Source: a virus
DNA length: 64,000 bases
IMG/VR virus record: IMGVR_UViG_3300017917_002938
Coordinates: 64,001 to 128,000 of that record
Reading direction: 5' to 3' (one strand)
Shown here: piece after piece, positions 58,158 through 64,000 of the stretch
Position numbering within the stretch: position 1 is the stretch's first letter
Layout of the letters: each line of letters opens with the position of its first letter
Notes under the pieces: model-generated
Databases searched by the model: none
What the model was told of the DNA's origin: nothing
What the model saw: only the letters and a program-made list of their open reading frames with translations
Made by a program: the position numbers and the translations under genes

Positions 58158-59133
58158 GCTGCTTCATAATGTCTTCCGTGAAGTACTTTTCTGGATTCTC
58201 ATTAATATTTTTACCAAATACCTTTGTGCCATCTGGTAATTCATAACGAGTAGAGGATTTTTTGATAATGTTATACTTCTCTGCTAGCTCTAGGAGCCCA
58301 TAGTACCTATCGAGCCCTTTGGAGAAAGTAAGTAACACTTCGACTTGGGCTTGCTCTTTTGATAGCCTAGATTTATACATCTTGACTTTGATGATATTAC
58401 CGATAACTTCTGTTCCATCTTTTTCACGTCTTTTGGTGAGCATAGCAATCGTGCTAGCCGCATATTTGAGTCCTGTTCCACCGCCTAGCTCCTTTGTAGG
58501 TACGTAAGATCCAACTAAATCATAAACATGATTAGTCACTAACATTGGCACTTTAACCTTAGCTAATTTCAAAGTAATTACTCTGAAAGCAGCTTTAATG
58601 ACCTGCGCCTTAGTCATATCTCTAGTATCCTTACCTTCAAGAGAGTCTTCCATCTCTTTAGAGGTCGATAGCATTCCTAAACTATCTAATACAAATAGCA
58701 TAGGAGGACGTTTATTCTCAGGTTGTTTATCATATGCATCAAGCATCTTTAATGCATGAGTTTTAAACTTCTGAATAGTATCCGGCTCAGCAATAATTAC
58801 TCTTCCGGTATCAATACCTCTTTCCTCCATCATACCTTTGGTAACGGCGGCTTCAGTATCGTAATATACTACTCCTCCCTCGGGGTTTTGTTCAAGGAAG
58901 GATCTGACGACCCCAAGAACGAAGTAAGTCTTACCAGTAGCGGACTCTCCTGCAAAAGCAGTAACTTTATTATCAGGGACGCCACCGTAGAGGCTACCAC
59001 TGAGAACAGCGTTGAGAATGTAGCTGCCAGTATCAATAAAACCCCCAAACTCAGCACTGCCGTTGCCGTCAGCGGCAATAGAAGTATCTTCATCTTTAAT
59101 TTCCTCTACTAAATTTCTAAAAAAACTAGTCAT
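58069..59133 (-). CDS. uvsX: RecA-like recombinase
   Basis: [27 protein letters not shown]. Confidence 0.95.
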   Translation of the reverse strand: MTSFFRNLVEEIKDEDTSIAADGNGSAEFGGFIDTGSYILNAVLSGSLYGGVPDNKVTAFAGESATGKTYFVLGVVRSFLEQNPEGGVVYYDTEAAVTKGMMEERGIDTGRVIIAEPDTIQKFKTHALKMLDAYDKQPENKRPPMLFVLDSLGMLSTSKEMEDSLEGKDTRDMTKAQVIKAAFRVITLKLAKVKVPMLVTNHVYDLVGSYVPTKELGGGTGLKYAASTIAMLTKRREKDGTEVIGNIIKVKMYKSRLSKEQAQVEVLLTFSKGLDRYYGLLELAEKYNIIKKSSTRYELPDGTKVFGKNINENPEKYFTEDIMKQLEEAAKKEFSYGTAGRSVDEELVEAVAAE

Positions 59134-59523
59134 TGTATATTATCCTCTATTTGTTTCTGATAATGATTTTTTAATCGAATGTATGCGTCGTATACAGATT
59201 TAGGAATTACTTTGCCGTAAGAGGTTAGTTCTTGTTCGATAGCTAGCGCAAGCTCCCTCGACAATTTAATCTCTTGTGCGTATCCAATAGGGTGAACTTC
59301 GAAGTCAGGCATTTTGTCTCCAAGGGTCTTTACTTTCAAGTATACTAGGATTATTCTCCGCTAACAAATCCATTTCATAACGGTGAGGATAATGTCTAAG
59401 AATAGTTCTAGCTTGGTCACGAATACTCTTAGGTAATCGGGGTGTCTTTTTAGGGTCAATAAGTTCAAGCATGAATTCTTCAGCCCAAATTACTGCACGG
59501 TATCTTTCATATGGTATAGTCAA
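59130..59523 (-). CDS. two small hypothetical ORFs (59130-59312, 59305-59523)
   Basis: Coupled ORFs; [11 protein letters not shown]...LRHYP. Confidence 0.65.
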
Positions 59524-60443
59524 AACGAACCTCCATCCTTCATATCTTTAATCTGATTGGGATCTATCTCTATTTTACCTGCTTTTCGTTTTCTGTTCAA
59601 CTCTTGTGTACGTCTGATCCATCTAGGGACATAGTCTTTTTTTTCATCTTTGTCTTCTCTTATCATTTCTGCAATGACAGGATCTTCTTCTATTGGACGT
59701 CTATAATTGATAGAACTGTTAGCAGCTATAAGAAGAGCAAGAGCAAGAGGATCAAACACCACTACGATAAGAATAATAACCCATCTGACAGATTTGTCAA
59801 TGATAGAGTCAGAAGCTTCCCCGTATATTAACTCAGCAATGTACTTGATGGGTCCTACTTCTGCAGTTACTTTTCTTAATTCAGATGCTATGGGAGCTCG
59901 TTCTTCATTCAGTCTGGCGATTCTTCCTTGAGCTGATCCAATGTCAGCCATAAGTGAGGTTCGTTCCTTCTGTTGTCCTCGTCTAATTTGTACAGCTCTC
60001 TCCATTCCCTTCTCATCTGAGCTTCGTGTAACTGTCTGGTCAACCTGCGCGTCCAGTTGATTGAGTGCTTTTCTTGCTGTTTCAATTGTATCTCTCTCTG
60101 TTTTTATTTTTTCGTCTATAATTGAAAGTTTACTTGCAACGTCTCCAGTAGGGACAGCTTGATCGAGATGGGCTTTGGAAAGATATCCAAACGTTCCCAT
60201 CGATGTTATTAACATGAGTACTGCTACAGCTGCAGTCAAATAATACTTAATAGTTTTAGGAGCTGTATACCAGTTTCTATAGACCCAAGATGCAGCTACT
60301 ACTTTAGCTAACTCTAACGACCCGCCCATGATTACAATAGGCCAGAAGGCAGTTGAAAAAATAGCGGTAAGGCCTACTACAGAGTAAAAGGCCGCTACTG
60401 TAGAAAGTAGTAAAGCAGTAAAAAGGGTCAATAAATTAATCAT
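59520..60443 (-). CDS. conserved T4-like membrane/coiled-coil protein
   Basis: LELAK, TSMG.FGYLSKAH, EVGPIKY, VFDPLA. Confidence 0.8.
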   Translation of the reverse strand: MINLLTLFTALLLSTVAAFYSVVGLTAIFSTAFWPIVIMGGSLELAKVVAASWVYRNWYTAPKTIKYYLTAAVAVLMLITSMGTFGYLSKAHLDQAVPTGDVASKLSIIDEKIKTERDTIETARKALNQLDAQVDQTVTRSSDEKGMERAVQIRRGQQKERTSLMADIGSAQGRIARLNEERAPIASELRKVTAEVGPIKYIAELIYGEASDSIIDKSVRWVIILIVVVFDPLALALLIAANSSINYRRPIEEDPVIAEMIREDKDEKKDYVPRWIRRTQELNRKRKAGKIEIDPNQIKDMKDGGSF

Positions 60444-60732
60444 TTACAATCTTATTCACTCTATCAATAAAAGCTTTCATCTTTACGGATCTATCAGGCC
60501 AGTGAATATATTCTTTATTGTCGTCTTTGGCTAGATTTTTTAACAAAGGCATTACTGCCTTATACAATTGTTCTAGTTTACCTTTGTAGGTTTGTTCGAT
60601 TTCTTCAATATCTTTTGATTGTTTAGTAACTTGTTGTTGAAGGGCTCGTTCTCTTGCTCTCAACTCCTCTTCACTAACAGCACTAAATCCAAAGTCATCG
60701 TCATCATATGCGTCGTCTATGCTTAGTCTCAT
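60436..60732 (-). CDS. hypothetical protein
   Basis: DFGFSAV, PLLKNL, YIHWPDR. Confidence 0.7.
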   Translation of the reverse strand: MRLSIDDAYDDDDFGFSAVSEEELRARERALQQQVTKQSKDIEEIEQTYKGKLEQLYKAVMPLLKNLAKDDNKEYIHWPDRSVKMKAFIDRVNKIVND

Positions 60733-63266
60733 CCGAAAAATGCCTCCAGGTTATTTCTTTTTTCAACATGCCATCCAATAGTGTTTAGAATAGACTGTAG
60801 TGGATCAATAAAAGCTTTTTCAAATTGCTTATTATAGTCAATATAGCTATCTAAGTTCAACTCTTTAGGTAGTTTACCCGGGGTCGAGATAACATGCTCT
60901 CCAATATAGTTAGGGGTCTTGAGATAACAGAATTTTATCTTCTCACCTCTATTAACTAAATCGTATTTTTTATCCAGCTGTTTTTGCTTTAAGAAGTGAT
61001 TATATAGTAGTGCGCCTTTAACATGAATAGGAGTACCGGTCTTGAATATAGTGTTAACATCTTGCCATTTTCCTAACTCTTTACACCCTCTAGGAAACGC
61101 CACAACATCAAATGGTTGTTGGAAGAAGTTGTCTTTAGTCTGTTCGACAAACTTAATCAAATCATCTTCCGTATCATTCATAATAATATTAAACGCTTTG
61201 GTAATCGATTCTTTTACGATAGCAGGAGTAGAAGAGCGTACCGCCTCTACACCCATCATCTTAAGTTTAGGTTCTTTATACCTTACGCCTTCGTTGTCAT
61301 GTACGTTTAAGATGTAGCGTTTCTTAGCAATAAAAATTCCTTTGTCAGCAATAGCCTCACGCTTCATCTTCATCTTCTGATCGTAAGCGTTTACATATAC
61401 TGCAAGTTCATCGTATTGTTTGTCAATGAAAGGTTCAAGCGCTGACTGGCAATACTTGTCAATCATCTCGATGATCTTTTCTTTTGAGGGAGATTGTTGA
61501 CCCTCGAAAGCTTTCTTAATAAAAGGACCAAAGTCAATATACATCGAGTCAGTATCAACAGCAATTACATAATCTACACCCTGTGTTTTGAGTGCTTTGT
61601 TGAAGTACTCATTAATCTTGTTCTCTATCCAACGAATAGATAATTGACCGGACTTAGTAATAGACTCAGCAAAGCGAGTATCAAACCATCTGAAGAACTT
61701 ATTAGCCAAAGCACCATAAGCAGAGTTTAACTGAATCTTTTTCGCAAGCTGCATATTATGGCAGCGAGCGATCTCCTTTTCCAACTCATACGTCTTTTCT
61801 TTCTCATACTTACGTTTGGCATCGAGCATTTCGTTCTTGAATTTGACACGGTCATTGTACATCTTCTCCATTAGCTTAGGAAGGAATCCTTGGCGGTCTC
61901 TGTCATAATAACATCCACTTGCTGCTACGGTGTAGTTGCACGATAACATCTCATTACGAATTCCAAAATCGTTCAGAGCACCGCCAAGAATTTTTTCAAC
62001 ACCCTCAGAGGTTGCAAGGGAACTAAAGGTACCCTTATACGTCTCTGGTGAAATATTATACTGCATAATAAGGTGAGGGTATAAGCTATTTAAGTCAAAC
62101 GATACTACCCATTCATGCATTCCTACTTGAGGGTCTTTTACGTAAGCACCTACAATAGGTTCGTCTTTCTCTCGATCAGATGGATTAAACATAGGCACCA
62201 CAACTTTCTGTTCGAGCAGATAGTTGTGGATAATAATGTCCCACATGCGCACAGAGGTAAACGTATCTAAGTAGTTCACTTTACCGTCATATGCTAGAGC
62301 AAAGACTTGGTCAATAAATTTAAGCTTATCGTCTAACTTATAAACCAGCTCTACATCTCGAATATTATACTCCATGTATTTCTGAAAGTCTTTTTCATAA
62401 AACTCAGTCAGGTTTTCATATCCAAGTGCTTGATAGTCTAACTTACGCTCCCCTAATACCACAAACGCAATATGGTCTAGTTTATAGGACTCCTGCATGG
62501 TGAAAGAGAATTTTCGGTACAGTTGTAGGTAATCAAGAATAGTAATACCAACAATGACTGGTATGGTATACTGTTTACCTACAATTTCAACTTCCCGTTC
62601 AGTTAACAATCCCCATGGTGAGAGACGTTTAGCTGCTTCAATCCCTTTAAGTCTAGTGATGCGATTGAGTAGATAAGGCATATCAAAGAACTCAACGTTC
62701 CATCCTGTAATAATATCAGGGAGGAATTGTTTTGATCGCCATACAGTAATAAATTTTTCTAACAGGTCGTTCTCATCCTTACATTTTAGATAAGTGATGT
62801 TAGGATTGTCTGTTTTGAATTCGTGATATCCGAACGCAATAGACTTACTGTTTTTAGTGAGCGTGATAGCAGTGACAGCTCTATCCGCTACTGAGATGTC
62901 AGGGAAGCCTCCATCAGCCTCGATCTCAATATCAATTACAACTGTAGAGATTAGCTTGGGATCATAGTCTATCACGCCAGGATAGTGATCGTTAATAAAT
63001 TGGTACAGGTAATTGGTAAGACCGTATAAGGTTTTACCTGACACATTTTCATTCTCTTGTTTGTAGTTGCGAGCTTCGTAAACAGAGTCAAACTCTTTCT
63101 TGAAGACGGTCTTACCTTCAAGAGTTTTATATTCGTCTAGACTGACGCGATCGGTAGTGAAGAGATAAGGCTTGAGAGGGATCGATTTGTGTATTCGTTG
63201 CCCGTTCTCAAAACCTCTTAGTAGAATCTCATTCTTATGTAAATGAACATTAGTATAAAAGTTCAT
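60729..63266 (-). CDS. family B DNA polymerase gp43
   Basis: DIE exo motif, SFDLNSLYP, KIQLNSAYG, DTDS, KKRY; no intein or intron seen. Confidence 0.97.
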   Translation of the reverse strand: MNFYTNVHLHKNEILLRGFENGQRIHKSIPLKPYLFTTDRVSLDEYKTLEGKTVFKKEFDSVYEARNYKQENENVSGKTLYGLTNYLYQFINDHYPGVIDYDPKLISTVVIDIEIEADGGFPDISVADRAVTAITLTKNSKSIAFGYHEFKTDNPNITYLKCKDENDLLEKFITVWRSKQFLPDIITGWNVEFFDMPYLLNRITRLKGIEAAKRLSPWGLLTEREVEIVGKQYTIPVIVGITILDYLQLYRKFSFTMQESYKLDHIAFVVLGERKLDYQALGYENLTEFYEKDFQKYMEYNIRDVELVYKLDDKLKFIDQVFALAYDGKVNYLDTFTSVRMWDIIIHNYLLEQKVVVPMFNPSDREKDEPIVGAYVKDPQVGMHEWVVSFDLNSLYPHLIMQYNISPETYKGTFSSLATSEGVEKILGGALNDFGIRNEMLSCNYTVAASGCYYDRDRQGFLPKLMEKMYNDRVKFKNEMLDAKRKYEKEKTYELEKEIARCHNMQLAKKIQLNSAYGALANKFFRWFDTRFAESITKSGQLSIRWIENKINEYFNKALKTQGVDYVIAVDTDSMYIDFGPFIKKAFEGQQSPSKEKIIEMIDKYCQSALEPFIDKQYDELAVYVNAYDQKMKMKREAIADKGIFIAKKRYILNVHDNEGVRYKEPKLKMMGVEAVRSSTPAIVKESITKAFNIIMNDTEDDLIKFVEQTKDNFFQQPFDVVAFPRGCKELGKWQDVNTIFKTGTPIHVKGALLYNHFLKQKQLDKKYDLVNRGEKIKFCYLKTPNYIGEHVISTPGKLPKELNLDSYIDYNKQFEKAFIDPLQSILNTIGWHVEKRNNLEAFFG

Positions 63267-63290
63267 ACATTCCTTTGAGGAAAAATTATA

Positions 63291-63581
63291 TTATAGTGAT
63301 TGTGCGATTTGAATGCCAGATCCAAATAGTCGGTTGTAGTTGTTAAGCAAATCAACTGACGGTTTATGGTTTATAACTATTACTGAGCTACTGATGTAGA
63401 ACTTAGAATCTTCTGAGTATGGGAGAAAGGGAATCAACCCCATAGACATCTTTGATGGGTCAGAACCAGGTACCATGTAAATAGAAGCCACTTCACCGAT
63501 AACAATACCGGTTTCAGTTTCTTCAATAAGGTTACCAACCAACTCATCGCCACTTAGTAGCTTGAGACAAATAACAGACAT
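63291..63581 (-). CDS. Sm-like hypothetical protein
   Basis: KLLSGDELVG, YNRLFGSGI. Confidence 0.7.
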   Translation of the reverse strand: MSVICLKLLSGDELVGNLIEETETGIVIGEVASIYMVPGSDPSKMSMGLIPFLPYSEDSKFYISSSVIVINHKPSVDLLNNYNRLFGSGIQIAQSL

Positions 63582-63598
63582 AATAATCCTTTAATTAA

Positions 63599-63620
63599 GA
63601 AGGCGGCCGAAGCCGCCTTT
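63599..63620 (-). terminator. hairpin terminator after hsp20
   Basis: AAGGCGGC-TTCG-GCCGCCTT. Confidence 0.75.
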
Positions 63621-63622
63621 GA

Positions 63623-64000
63623 TCACATAGAGAAGTTTTCAGTTAAGAGTTCAGCTTTTTTTGCTTTAGCTGTTTTCTCTCTTTCTTGTACTTCAATTTT
63701 CTTTGGCTTTTTGTGCTCGGGAATGATACGCTCAAGAGCAATTTTTAGCATACCGTTTAACATCTCTGCATCCTTCACTTCAATCTGATCGTTGATAGCA
63801 AAGGTGCGAGTAAATGCACGGTTAGCAATACCCTTGAAGACGTAATCGGAATTATCGTCCTGAGTTTGCCCGCGAATGATTAGTTGATCATTAGCGAGTT
63901 CAACGTCAATTTCATGCTTAGCAAAACCTGCAACTGCAATTTCAATCTGGTAAGTGTTATCACCAGTTTTCTTAACGTTGTAAGGAGGATAATTAGGAAT
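63623..64000 (-). CDS. small heat-shock protein Hsp20 (5' part outside window)
   Basis: Manual translation: YPPYN, EIAVAGF, GIANRAFTRTF, NGML, PEHKKPKKI. Confidence 0.92.
   Translation of the reverse strand: MPNYPPYNVKKTGDNTYQIEIAVAGFAKHEIDVELANDQLIIRGQTQDDNSDYVFKGIANRAFTRTFAINDQIEVKDAEMLNGMLKIALERIIPEHKKPKKIEVQEREKTAKAKKAELLTENFSM

Noticed and set aside
15154-63266. Introns or inteins in nrdA, nrdB, gp41, uvsX, gp43
   Set aside because: All are continuous ORFs of normal length.

Overview
This is a 64-kb segment of a large T4-like (myovirus-type) bacteriophage genome, and almost all genes are on the - strand. From left to right it holds six blocks. (1) A 23-gene tRNA array interspersed with small structured RNAs and three ORFs, headed by a leader-peptide/terminator/antiterminator element. 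(2) Replication and nucleotide genes (exonuclease, rnh, RuvC-like, dCMP deaminase, nrdAB, thyX, primase) with a heptose/sugar-nucleotide cluster, a fatty-acid desaturase and a HiPIP-like protein. (3) Lysis and late/virion genes. (4) An oxidative-stress block (ahpC, SGNH hydrolase, ahpD, pqqA) behind an OxyR-like site. (5) An early region of small ORFs, each driven by a repeated sigma70-type promoter cassette. (6) A secreted/membrane Cys-rich gene cluster, then gp41 helicase, uvsX, gp43 DNA polymerase and a partial hsp20. The PqqA sequence type suggests a betaproteobacterial (Burkholderiales-like) host, which is inference. The top candidate new system is an apparent ribosome-coupled attenuator at 4381-4598. 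Its 40-41-codon leader ORF contains all 20 amino acids (34 different codons) and would switch on read-through into the tRNA array when any tRNA runs short. All calls were made by eye, with no searches or folding programs.
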